A DNA stretch of 64,000 bases from Nibricoccus sp. (GTDB taxonomy: Bacteria; Verrucomicrobiota; Verrucomicrobiia; Opitutales; Opitutaceae), in contig JASGHG010000001.1 of assembly GCA_047602425.1 (NCBI GenBank), positions 928,001 to 992,000 of the forward strand. Reading direction: 5' to 3'. Both the position numbers and the translations under genes were made by a program. Positions 8,675 to 17,764 of the stretch are shown here, in pieces; position 1 is the stretch's first letter, and each line of letters starts with the position of its first letter. The notes under the pieces are model-generated. The model saw nothing but the letters and a program-made list of their open reading frames with translations. It did not search any database and had not been told where the DNA came from.

Positions 8675-9820
8675 TCACTGCTTCAGCCATTGAAACCAAT
8701 TATAACCTATCGCTTCGTAATATGGTTTCAACGGCGGTTCGCTGATTTTCTCAAACAATTCTTTGAATCGTTTAACATTTTGCCGATCAGCAGCTGTTCG
8801 GTTATTCCACGCACGAAATGCTGGCAACAATTTAGCCATCGTCTCGAGCAACTTCCTTTTATTTAGCGAAAACTCATTCGCCGTCATCCCCGCGGGCATT
8901 GTCAGTTGACCGATTGGATCTCGCCACGCATGCAATCCAAAGTCCTCCGGGTTTGTCGGACGCAGATCTATCATTTTCCCAGAAGGGTACTCGATTGTCT
9001 GCAGCCATCGCGGATGAGATAGGGTCGAACTGCCCGGCCGGTCCATTGAACCATAATATACGATGGCCAGAACTACTTCTTTATTTTTCAACACCGGAAT
9101 AGGAAGCATTTGGCGAGTGCCCTCGAAATAGACACGGTCTTGAATCGAAACCCATGCTAAAGCTGTCATTTCCGCTAAATCGATGTCCCCTATGCTGATT
9201 GGGCACTTCTTCGCATTTTCATGCAGCCAATCGAAATAACTTTTACCCACTGTTGCGTAAAGTGACGCCAATGGCTTTTCACTAATTTCGCTGAAAATGG
9301 TTAGAAAACTCTTACACTTTTTAGGCAAATCCGCCGTTGGCTCCACCTGTTTAAAATATATAGGAATCAGTTCGTCATAAAGCCGATCGAGCTCCTCTCC
9401 CATTTTGTCACAATCATCAAGGGTCTTCCCGAAGGGCATTTTGTGCAACGCTTGGGATCCGGCGGGAAACGATCCCCCTCCAATATCGCCTGCATTCGTA
9501 ATCTTTCGCAACCCTCCTGTCGTTTTCGCGATCCAGTCGTACTCGAGCGAATAGGAGGGAGGGGACAACAAGGCTCCTTCCCCGGGCATGACGTGTTGTG
9601 GGCAAAACAGAAACACGATTTTACTCCCTGTCGGCGACAATATAGGTATTGGGAAAGATTGTCGTGTTTCATCAGGAAGCGTGAAAGCGGCCTCGCGGGC
9701 TATTTGTACGACGTCTTTTATTGGCATGGGATTAGATTTTGGAAAAGCGGATTCCTGATTTGCCGAAACAGCGCAGACCTCTAATAATACTGCGAAGTAT
9801 ACAAAACATCGCGCTACCAT
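8675..9820 (-). CDS. putative T6SS immunity protein, exported, two tandem homologous domains
   Basis: Overlaps the PAAR-effector stop by 7 bp; signal-peptide-like N-terminus; internal repeat TRQSFPIPIL/TRQMLPIPVL and ISEKPL..YFDWL/ISEPPL..WFQWL. Confidence 0.65.
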   Translation of the reverse strand: MVARCFVYFAVLLEVCAVSANQESAFPKSNPMPIKDVVQIAREAAFTLPDETRQSFPIPILSPTGSKIVFLFCPQHVMPGEGALLSPPSYSLEYDWIAKTTGGLRKITNAGDIGGGSFPAGSQALHKMPFGKTLDDCDKMGEELDRLYDELIPIYFKQVEPTADLPKKCKSFLTIFSEISEKPLASLYATVGKSYFDWLHENAKKCPISIGDIDLAEMTALAWVSIQDRVYFEGTRQMLPIPVLKNKEVVLAIVYYGSMDRPGSSTLSHPRWLQTIEYPSGKMIDLRPTNPEDFGLHAWRDPIGQLTMPAGMTANEFSLNKRKLLETMAKLLPAFRAWNNRTAADRQNVKRFKELFEKISEPPLKPYYEAIGYNWFQWLKQ

Positions 9821-10770
9821 ATTGGATTTTCCGTCACAACATGCGGAGCACCGCCCCGTTTAGCCAGTGCTTTTTCAAACTGCGCGGCTGGTATTGGCTC
9901 TGCGGATTGCCCAGTCCCTGTGTCGTTTATCACAACATTTGTCAGCGTTCCGTTTTCGTCGTAAGTGGCACCGGTGACGACTACGGCATGAAAAGAACCT
10001 GCAGGGGCACTCCCGGGAGGCCATAAGTATGCCGCATCTACGGCCGCGATTACCCCTTTCCCCTCCGACAGCGAAGATTCCATATTGCTCATCGTCGCTG
10101 GCATTGTCTTAGCAGGGACGCCGTTAGCCTTTAGTATCTCCACTCGCGTCGTCGGGCTTGTTCCTCCGCTAAGATAGCTTCGGTTGTTTGCTGTCACGAT
10201 TACGCCGCCTTGTACACTTCCAATCGCCGGTTCAGAAGCCCATTTGTTTGATGTTGCTTGACCAAGCAATGCCTCTTGTTGGATGGCGTTTCCGGTGGCC
10301 TGCATGATGATTTGGCGAGATGATTCCACTCCACAGTTATTGTAGCTTTGCTGAATAGTCTTTGGAACAAGTGCGTTGCCGTAGACATCTGTCGAACCAG
10401 AAGCAGGCTGCCGACCATCCACCATTTTCCCGAAAATGTCGGCTGCCACTGGAGGGTTGCCCGTTGTGCCTGCCAGCCCAATCAGCACCGTTGGGCAGCC
10501 CGCGACAATCACGCCGCCGTGTGCCGTGGTATCGGTCATGCGGGCTGCGGGTTTGCGTCCGATGGGGACAACAAAAGACCCCTTCACAATTGTATCCGGC
10601 GGCCCCATACAGGTCAGTTTGTCGCTCACGCGGGCCGCGGGCTGACCGCCGATTAGCACGGTAGGAAAACAGGCTGGGAGGACGGGGCCTCCCACGTGAG
10701 GTTTTGGCCCTGGGTCAATCATCGGGCATGTATGCATGTCTCCCAAACGGGCTGCAGGTTGGCCAGGCAT
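9814..10770 (-). CDS. PAAR domain protein with C-terminal papain-like (C39-like) peptidase effector domain
   Basis: Three PAAR motifs in aa 1-98; QQSYNNC146, H261AVVVTG, IND283TG. Confidence 0.85.
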   Translation of the reverse strand: MPGQPAARLGDMHTCPMIDPGPKPHVGGPVLPACFPTVLIGGQPAARVSDKLTCMGPPDTIVKGSFVVPIGRKPAARMTDTTAHGGVIVAGCPTVLIGLAGTTGNPPVAADIFGKMVDGRQPASGSTDVYGNALVPKTIQQSYNNCGVESSRQIIMQATGNAIQQEALLGQATSNKWASEPAIGSVQGGVIVTANNRSYLSGGTSPTTRVEILKANGVPAKTMPATMSNMESSLSEGKGVIAAVDAAYLWPPGSAPAGSFHAVVVTGATYDENGTLTNVVINDTGTGQSAEPIPAAQFEKALAKRGGAPHVVTENPIW

Positions 10771-10781
10771 ATAAAACCTCT

Positions 10782-12641
10782 TTAGTTAATTTTGACCATC
10801 GGGCCCTTGATTGTGATGATGCCGCCGGCGTCGATGTTCACTTTGCCTGCTCCACTCTTCGTAGTGACGTCCACCCCAGCGATCTCGATTTTGCCGTCTT
10901 TTTTCATCGTGATACTGGCTGCGCCACAAACGATCGATATCTCCTCACCGACTTTGAGCGACAGTTTTTTTCCAATCCCGATCGTTTCGTTTTCACCTAT
11001 GGTGAGTGATTCGTTTTTTTTCACCTTAGCGGTGCGATCATTGCCGATTTCAATTTTCTCGTCGTGTTTGACCGTCTCGGTGTTGTCGTTCTTCACGAGC
11101 ACCGTGCGATCTTTCTCGGCTTGGATGTAAAGCAGCTCTTTGCCCTTTGAATCATCCATCTTGACCTCATTGAAATTGTCCGCCGCACCGCCTTTGGTGG
11201 AACGGCTCGTCAAGGTGGAAATGTTCTTGTTGCCAGGAAGCGCATAAGGAGGCTTCTGCTCGCCGTTATAAACGCGGCCCGTGATAATCGGACGATCCGG
11301 ATCGCCGTCGAGGAACTCGACGATCACTTCCTGTCCGATGCGCGGGATGTGCATGGCGCCCCATCCCTTGCCCGCCCAATATTGCGACACGCGAATCCAG
11401 CACGACGAATCGGCATCGAACTTCCCGTACCGATCCCAATGAAAATGCACCTTCACCCGCCCATGCTCGTCCGTATGGATCTCCTCGCCCGACGGCCCCG
11501 TGACAATGGCCGTTTGCGGGCCGACCACCATGTGTTTTTTGGCAATTCTCGCCGGCCGATAGGGCTGGTCCGACGGTATGGCTTCAAAGCTACAGGAAAA
11601 TGTTTCCGGTAAATCATGTCCTTTGCTGCCAATGTGCGCTCCCGAAAACGCGCCGGCGTCAAAGGAGAGCCGCACGGATGTGATCAGATATTCGCGGTTT
11701 TGATCGGCACGCGGATGATCCTTTAAGGAAAACAAAGCGCCCACACACAGGCCGCGTGCCGTGCTGCGCCCTTTCAACACGTCGTGGACGTGCTGAAGCT
11801 CCTGAATGTGCATCTTCGCCAGTCTCTCGCCGTCTGACTGTTCCACGTATGCCCCGGGATAGTCGAAAACCTCGAATTTTGCCATGCCGTGTTGGCGAGC
11901 CAGCGGCACGGAAGCCAGCAGGCTCGTGCTTGGCTTCTTAAAATCAAAATCTGTATGAGCGTAAGTTCCGGTTAGGGCCGTCCGTTTCACCTCCCAGCTG
12001 CTGATTGCGCCAAGGATCTGACCCGCCGTGTCGGATTCCCTATAGGGTATGGTTTCGTATCCCGGTATGGCCTTATGTTTGCTCACGGAATCCGTGAGCA
12101 CCATCAGATGCCGGTTTTCCTCATGCTTGAAATGGTAGCCAATGCCTTCCTTTTCCATTAGCCGCGAAACGAAGTTCCACGCACTCTCCCGATATTGAAC
12201 GCAAAATTCGAGCGGCTTGTAGCTTTCGGTTAGTTGTTTCTCAAAATCGGAGAAACCGTGTGCCTTGAAAACTTTCGCAATGATATCGGGAACGCTTTCA
12301 TTTTGAAAAATTTTGCAGTCCGCGGTCTGATCGAGAAACTTGAACCACGGCAGAATGGTCACCGAATAGTGCGCAAGATTCGACTCGCGTCCCTGTTGTT
12401 GGATGGATGCCACGATGCCATGGAAACGTCGGGGATTACTTCCCTTGTCCAACGTCATGCGAAGACTGACGGGCTGGCCAACGACCTTGTCGTAAGCCAG
12501 CGTCTGGTCGGTGGCGACGAGGGACGCCTGGATCTCGAAGTCACCATTGAGCGCTTCTGCATAGGTGAAGCTCCGCAGCAGCAGCTTATCCTTGCCAAAC
12601 GGCGTGGTGATGGCGATCGGGCGATTATCCTGGGTGATCAT
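10782..12641 (-). CDS. tssI: T6SS spike protein VgrG
   Basis: FCVQYRES, GPQTAIVTGP, GRVKVHFHWDR, SCWIRVSQ, IPRIGQEVIVEFLDGDPDRP. Confidence 0.96.
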   Translation of the reverse strand: MITQDNRPIAITTPFGKDKLLLRSFTYAEALNGDFEIQASLVATDQTLAYDKVVGQPVSLRMTLDKGSNPRRFHGIVASIQQQGRESNLAHYSVTILPWFKFLDQTADCKIFQNESVPDIIAKVFKAHGFSDFEKQLTESYKPLEFCVQYRESAWNFVSRLMEKEGIGYHFKHEENRHLMVLTDSVSKHKAIPGYETIPYRESDTAGQILGAISSWEVKRTALTGTYAHTDFDFKKPSTSLLASVPLARQHGMAKFEVFDYPGAYVEQSDGERLAKMHIQELQHVHDVLKGRSTARGLCVGALFSLKDHPRADQNREYLITSVRLSFDAGAFSGAHIGSKGHDLPETFSCSFEAIPSDQPYRPARIAKKHMVVGPQTAIVTGPSGEEIHTDEHGRVKVHFHWDRYGKFDADSSCWIRVSQYWAGKGWGAMHIPRIGQEVIVEFLDGDPDRPIITGRVYNGEQKPPYALPGNKNISTLTSRSTKGGAADNFNEVKMDDSKGKELLYIQAEKDRTVLVKNDNTETVKHDEKIEIGNDRTAKVKKNESLTIGENETIGIGKKLSLKVGEEISIVCGAASITMKKDGKIEIAGVDVTTKSGAGKVNIDAGGIITIKGPMVKIN

Positions 12642-12688
12642 GGCGTTTTCCCTGTTTTATTTTAGGCAATTACCGCTTGAAGCTGGTT

Positions 12689-13942
12689 TCAGTTTTCGAG
12701 ATCGAGAATTTCAAGAGGGAGATAAACATGACTGGCCTGCGGTTTGAGTCCGCGCTTGCGCGCGAGACGGCAGAGCGCGAGTCCGTGGACATCGAGCAGT
12801 GCGATGGGTGCGACGGTGCCGCCACGTTGAAAATGGGCTTCGCGAATCGGCATACGTGCCGCTAGCGCCTGGTTAAAGGCTGTTTCTTTTTTTTCCACGA
12901 GAGCTCTAAGCAGTTCGTAGAAATTACGCATTTCGGGCAAATCAGGATCGAGTTCGCTTGGCAGCTTCTCCTCGAAAAGGCCTTTGCGTTCGTTTTCCAA
13001 AAGCACCTGAAGATCGGCCTCCTTTTTCAAAAAGAGATCCATCACAATCCGAATCCGCGTGATCAGCCAATTTACCGGTCGTATGCGGTTCGTGTCCCAT
13101 TCCGACTGGCGCAGGCGGATGACGGTCTGCGCGAGTTTGAAATGGTCGACCGCGATGGCTTCGTGGAGATAGTCGTTGATCTGCCACGCATGAGCGGTGA
13201 AGCCGAATTCGAGAGCCTGCGCGGCATGATCGCAGCCACGGCGCAAGCGCGATACAACCTCCGGCAAAGGCCGGTTTACCAAATAGTCGGTATAACCTTC
13301 GATAAAGCAGGCCGAGGAAAGTGTTTTGAAGAAATCGCTGTTTCGCGCAGCGCGCGCTTCCGCAAGCGGCCCTTCGGCATCGTTTTTCTTTCGACGCTCG
13401 ATTGAGTCCTCGCGCTGCAACTCCATGCTGCGCGGATCGGGCAAGTGCGGCATCAGACGCCAGCCATTTTGGTTAGATCGTTCCACGCGGAGTTTCATTT
13501 CGGCCTCACGGCGAGCATCCTCTTCGGCTAGAAACGCGAGTTTCCACGCCTCGAATTTTTGACGGATTTCTTCGATGTCGGGTTCGTGAGGCGGGAGGGC
13601 TTTAAGCTTAAATTGGCTCTTATTATAAAAATCCGAGAAAAGATGGTTCAAAAGAGGCGTTAAAGGAAGATCTCGATCCCATTCCAGCAACAGTTGTCCT
13701 GGATTACCTTCGTGTCGTTGGCGCTCCGTCGGCCATTGCGCCGCTCGCATGCTGCTGTGCATGTAGAACAAATAGTTCAAAAATCTGCGAGATTGTCGCA
13801 ATGTATAGATATTTTCATCGTGAGGGCCTGGAGTATATTTCCCGTTGCAATAAATCCCCATAAGATGTGCCCAGGTCGCCCGAATGGCATTTTGAACCGC
13901 TGCGTAGAAATCTTCATCGTTTGAAAACCACAATTCGTTCAT
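12689..13942 (-). CDS. putative immunity protein with C-terminal Imm49-like domain
   Basis: C-terminus GLALCRLARKRGLKPQASHVYLPLEIL resembles Imm49; starts 4 bp after the upstream toxin-like gene. Confidence 0.65.
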   Translation of the reverse strand: MNELWFSNDEDFYAAVQNAIRATWAHLMGIYCNGKYTPGPHDENIYTLRQSRRFLNYLFYMHSSMRAAQWPTERQRHEGNPGQLLLEWDRDLPLTPLLNHLFSDFYNKSQFKLKALPPHEPDIEEIRQKFEAWKLAFLAEEDARREAEMKLRVERSNQNGWRLMPHLPDPRSMELQREDSIERRKKNDAEGPLAEARAARNSDFFKTLSSACFIEGYTDYLVNRPLPEVVSRLRRGCDHAAQALEFGFTAHAWQINDYLHEAIAVDHFKLAQTVIRLRQSEWDTNRIRPVNWLITRIRIVMDLFLKKEADLQVLLENERKGLFEEKLPSELDPDLPEMRNFYELLRALVEKKETAFNQALAARMPIREAHFQRGGTVAPIALLDVHGLALCRLARKRGLKPQASHVYLPLEILDLEN

Positions 13943-13946
13943 AATG

Positions 13947-15257
13947 TTATTTGATCAGGCTAGCATTGGCGTTGGGATCGTCACCCACCGATTTGTATGG
14001 CAAACAAACTTGCACAGGACCACCCGGCTTGTTGCTACAGCGGGGAGCCCCAATGCCCATCAGGACTTTCGTTGGCTTGTTTATCTCGCAGGAAACGAGT
14101 TTTTCTCCTGTTCCGCCCTTAGAAGTTGGTTCATTGGCCTCGACAGGAAACAATGCGTTTTCCACACGAGGATCTCCTTCCAGAGGCGTGAGCGACCACC
14201 AGCCTCCAGACTCGAGTGAATCTCCTCCACAATAGCGCCACAGTTTTCGCGGTTCAGGAAGTTGCACAACGCGCGTGGTCGAAGTTAAAAAGCCACCACC
14301 ACCTTTGTTGCCCAACGTCCAGTCGCCGTTGTTTTTAAGATTCTCAGCACTTCCAAACCAATCCTTAACCTCCTGATCCGCAGAATCCGTGCTCTCTGAT
14401 CTGCAATTATGTGCAGGGCAAGTATCGTCGACTTCGTTTGGTAACGCCTCAGGTTTGTCGGTTGTCGGTGTTTTGTAAGTTTGCGGAGCGTCGGGACTCT
14501 TTTTCGGAATCTTCTCCAATGAGTTTTCTGATTTGGCCGAGCCAAGATCGATCTCGTATTTCTGCGCATACTCCTTGGCGGCGGCCTCGTATTCTGCAGC
14601 CGTCAGCGGCTTTTCCTCGGTGGCCGCTCGCATGGTGAACTTTGCGAGCTCTTCGTAGACGGCGATCTCTCCCTTTTCGATGGCCTGCTTGGCCCATCCT
14701 ACAAGTTCGGCATGCGTAATTTTGGTGAAATCGAATTCACGGCCTGCACCTCCGGCCGTTTGTTGCCAACTGTAGCGTTTCAAACCCGCCAGTCGGGGAC
14801 CTGTCTCTGTTTCGTCGTAGGGTTCGATGGGAAACCATTGGTCAAGCAGCGGCTTCACGTCCTTGGGCAAGGCCTGCTTGCGCATCACCGTCTGCTGGAA
14901 TCTGACCTTCGGCACCAGCCACCATCGATCGCTTTGGCGATCGGCTTTAATCGGCCAGTCCGCCGGGGACAACCACTCCATGTAGACAACTACATTTTCC
15001 CAGCGCACGCTTTCCTCCAATCGTTCCAACAATTCGTCGTCGCTCGGATCCGGCGCTGAATGACCGAAACATCCCGCTGCGCGCGCCAGCAACATATACC
15101 GGCTGCGACAAACCGAGGAATGCGGCCTCCACGCCTCTTGCAAAAAGTCGCACGCTTCCGTTGGGCGATAGCGCTTGCGCAAAACCGACGTGCTATAGTT
15201 GCAGGCCGCATCGGCCCGCACGATCTTGTTTCGGTCAAGATGGCTTAGCGTGATCAC
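13947..15257 (-). CDS. putative T6SS cargo effector; C-terminal TNT/Tne2-like NAD(P)+ glycohydrolase candidate
   Basis: LWRYCGG, GGWWS, ENALFP, GIGAP, KPGGPVQ in TNT-like order; GTG start with GAGGAA upstream; lies between tssJ and vgrG. Confidence 0.55.
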   Translation of the reverse strand: MITLSHLDRNKIVRADAACNYSTSVLRKRYRPTEACDFLQEAWRPHSSVCRSRYMLLARAAGCFGHSAPDPSDDELLERLEESVRWENVVVYMEWLSPADWPIKADRQSDRWWLVPKVRFQQTVMRKQALPKDVKPLLDQWFPIEPYDETETGPRLAGLKRYSWQQTAGGAGREFDFTKITHAELVGWAKQAIEKGEIAVYEELAKFTMRAATEEKPLTAAEYEAAAKEYAQKYEIDLGSAKSENSLEKIPKKSPDAPQTYKTPTTDKPEALPNEVDDTCPAHNCRSESTDSADQEVKDWFGSAENLKNNGDWTLGNKGGGGFLTSTTRVVQLPEPRKLWRYCGGDSLESGGWWSLTPLEGDPRVENALFPVEANEPTSKGGTGEKLVSCEINKPTKVLMGIGAPRCSNKPGGPVQVCLPYKSVGDDPNANASLIK

Positions 15258-15276
15258 GGTGTCATTTCCTCGTCGG

Positions 15277-15801
15277 CTATTCCTTTTGGTTCTTTTGTTT
15301 GGTGAGAAGTTTCATTCCGCTCTCGGTGATCAAAATCTCCAGCGGGTCCTTGCGGTTCCAGAGCTTTTTATCAAGCGGGATGATCAGGCGGCGGGGATCG
15401 GCGTTGCCGGCCTGGTCGTTGGCGATACCGGGGAGATCGGCAAGGATGACCAGATGCGACACGCCCGACTTAAGCCAAACCTGCCAATGAGGATGTTCGC
15501 GGCTAACCACCAGTCGTGAAGGCAATCCCCGGCCAAACTGTGCGCAAAGATGCGAGTCATCACGGCGCAAGGGGTTGTCAGGCTGCCAGTAGTCCGTAAC
15601 CGAATACGAAGTCCACTTCGGTAAATCCGCCAGCGTATTGGCGCCAACCAAGTCAACTTGCAGTGACGTGTTCGTGAGCGCCGGATCGACCGTCAGACGC
15701 ACTTCAAAGGCGCGCGGCTTGACGGTGCTTGAAGCACAGCCGCCAAGGGCAATCAGCATCGTTGTGATCAGGGAAATGAGGAGACGTTGAGTGGATTTCA
15801 T
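15277..15801 (-). CDS. tssJ: TssJ-like T6SS outer-membrane lipoprotein
   Basis: Lipobox LGGC, 174 aa, SLQVDLV..LVILADL..RRLIIPL transthyretin-like pattern; only lipoprotein in the locus. Confidence 0.6.
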   Translation of the reverse strand: MKSTQRLLISLITTMLIALGGCASSTVKPRAFEVRLTVDPALTNTSLQVDLVGANTLADLPKWTSYSVTDYWQPDNPLRRDDSHLCAQFGRGLPSRLVVSREHPHWQVWLKSGVSHLVILADLPGIANDQAGNADPRRLIIPLDKKLWNRKDPLEILITESGMKLLTKQKNQKE

Positions 15802-15805
15802 AAAA

Positions 15806-17755
15806 TTAACGCAGACGTTGAATGACGCGGGCGACTTCGCGGTTAGCCAACCAATCGCTCAGGAGCAAACTGCGCGAATGCTGAATCAGGCGTTCGAGGT
15901 CTCGCAGCGGCTCGTCGTAGGTCTTGTGCAAGGGCAACTCGGTCGGATCGTTGAAATCGGGAGCGTGACTGAACACGCCTGCACCAGGAAAGAAACGAGC
16001 CAGCGTGGCCACCGCATCCCACCAAAGCTCCATCGGAACCCAGCGGTACCCCTCCTCAGGCGTCGCACAGCCATGCCCGTGGTGCTGCGGCCCGAGGGCG
16101 GCGTGCCAGCGAGCATCCGCCAAAGCGAGTTGCTGCGCACGCTGTGCGGCTGTCAGGCCATCCACCCGACCCATCGCACGCGCCAGGCTCAGAACTTCGT
16201 CAATCGATTCCGCGAGCGAGTGGCGCGCGTGGGTCAGCAGGATTCGCGTGCCGATGACCCCAAGCGAATACAAATCCTGCCGCGCTCCAAGATGAGCAAC
16301 CGTTTCAAATCGTACATTCCGGAATACGTGGCCCTCCATGCGGCTCAAGGTGGCGTGCACCGTGGCAGACCATGCTGACGGGAATGAACGAAACCGCCGT
16401 TCGTGCACGCTGAGTGCTTCAGCGGTATCGAGCTGTCCGTACACCGCCACCGAACCTTCGCCGACCATCGGCAACTCGAAACAAAGCAAATCGGAGTCCC
16501 GGACCGAAAGATATTCGTCGGTCGCAATCGTGGCTTCCAAGATAAACCGATCGGCTTCCGTAATCAGTTTCCGAATACGGAGTGCGCACTCGCCCTTGGC
16601 CTGCGGGGTACCGAGGGGGGCGCTGTAGATCATGGAGCGTGGTTCGGCTAGGCGTTGGAAACGGCGCTTCTCCGTCGCGGGCAGCGGGATGACACGGGCC
16701 AAGGAAGCGTCCACCAGTGAGGCGCGCGCCGTCCACAGGATTGGCAGTTCGGATGCCGGCGCCGCAAAATCCACCCTGAACGATGCAGACGAGAGTCCCA
16801 ACATCGGCATCTGAAGCGATTCCGTGCTGGCCTGCACTGCCTTCACGATTTGCGCAAAGAGCATCAGCTTGAGATGAAATGTTTCGAGAAACCGCCCGGC
16901 GAGGCCTCGCGTCGTCGGGATGAAAAAAGCCCCGCTTTGTTGCAATTGATCACAGGCATCCAGCGGCGGTTCGTTTGAAGGATCGACGAATACAAAAGGC
17001 GAACTGGTGTTATTTCGGCCCAAACCACGACCGCTGAGAAAATCGGCGTAGGTATCGAGGTCAAAGGGGGCATGACGTCGTATCAGCATGCGGCCCGCCT
17101 GCGGGTTAACAGCCAGCAGGCCATTGGCCGGGGCCGCCCATGACGGCACAGTTTGGATCAGGGCGGAATCCCCCGAAACCAAAAGAAAACCGTCCTGCGG
17201 CCGGCCCTTCCGCCACAAATACCGCGCAGCCGAACCAGCGTATGACGGTAATTTTTCGGCGCTCAAGGCGGCTTCGTTCGTGCACAGCTCGATGTCCGCA
17301 TATTCGCCCGAGGTTGGAGGCCAGGATTCGCTTCGCTCGACATCCAACCAGAGAGGTTGCGTCGCACTACATTCACAACCCGTGACCAGCACCTTGGCGC
17401 GATCGGTGAGCAACATGCTTTTCACCAAGGCGTCCCAGCGTGCATCGAGAGCTGCGTTGATGCAGTCAGAACCTATGCGTTGGTTGTGGGCGGGGTTTGG
17501 TGGAGTTTGCAACCAAATCTCAAGCCACTCGCGCACAGCGCCGCCTCGGTCGATAAGCGCGGCCAGTAGCACACGCACGTCCACACAAGTTCTAAGCAAG
17601 ACCGGCGCCCACGGCTCTTCGTCCGCGCTGCGCGAAAGGGCAAGATGCACTTCCAGCCACGCGCCTCCGTTTCTCAGCGGAATAAATCGCAAGTCATGGC
17701 GCTCTCCGAGCGGGCTTACGGGGGAAGCGAGGCGAAATTGGCCGTCGAGAATCAT
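15806..17755 (-). CDS. T6SS-associated protein with degenerate protein-kinase-like motifs (pseudokinase candidate)
   Basis: PMLGLSSASFRV (catalytic-loop position), LVDAS, IYSAP, QDLYSLGVIG in kinase order; no HRD or DFG. Confidence 0.5.
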   Translation of the reverse strand: MILDGQFRLASPVSPLGERHDLRFIPLRNGGAWLEVHLALSRSADEEPWAPVLLRTCVDVRVLLAALIDRGGAVREWLEIWLQTPPNPAHNQRIGSDCINAALDARWDALVKSMLLTDRAKVLVTGCECSATQPLWLDVERSESWPPTSGEYADIELCTNEAALSAEKLPSYAGSAARYLWRKGRPQDGFLLVSGDSALIQTVPSWAAPANGLLAVNPQAGRMLIRRHAPFDLDTYADFLSGRGLGRNNTSSPFVFVDPSNEPPLDACDQLQQSGAFFIPTTRGLAGRFLETFHLKLMLFAQIVKAVQASTESLQMPMLGLSSASFRVDFAAPASELPILWTARASLVDASLARVIPLPATEKRRFQRLAEPRSMIYSAPLGTPQAKGECALRIRKLITEADRFILEATIATDEYLSVRDSDLLCFELPMVGEGSVAVYGQLDTAEALSVHERRFRSFPSAWSATVHATLSRMEGHVFRNVRFETVAHLGARQDLYSLGVIGTRILLTHARHSLAESIDEVLSLARAMGRVDGLTAAQRAQQLALADARWHAALGPQHHGHGCATPEEGYRWVPMELWWDAVATLARFFPGAGVFSHAPDFNDPTELPLHKTYDEPLRDLERLIQHSRSLLLSDWLANREVARVIQRLR

Positions 17756-17764
17756 GGGGCAAAA

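Noticed and set aside
8499..8699. 66-aa ORF after the immunity gene as an extra immunity gene
   Set aside because: Overlaps the upstream gene, no motif, composition unconvincing
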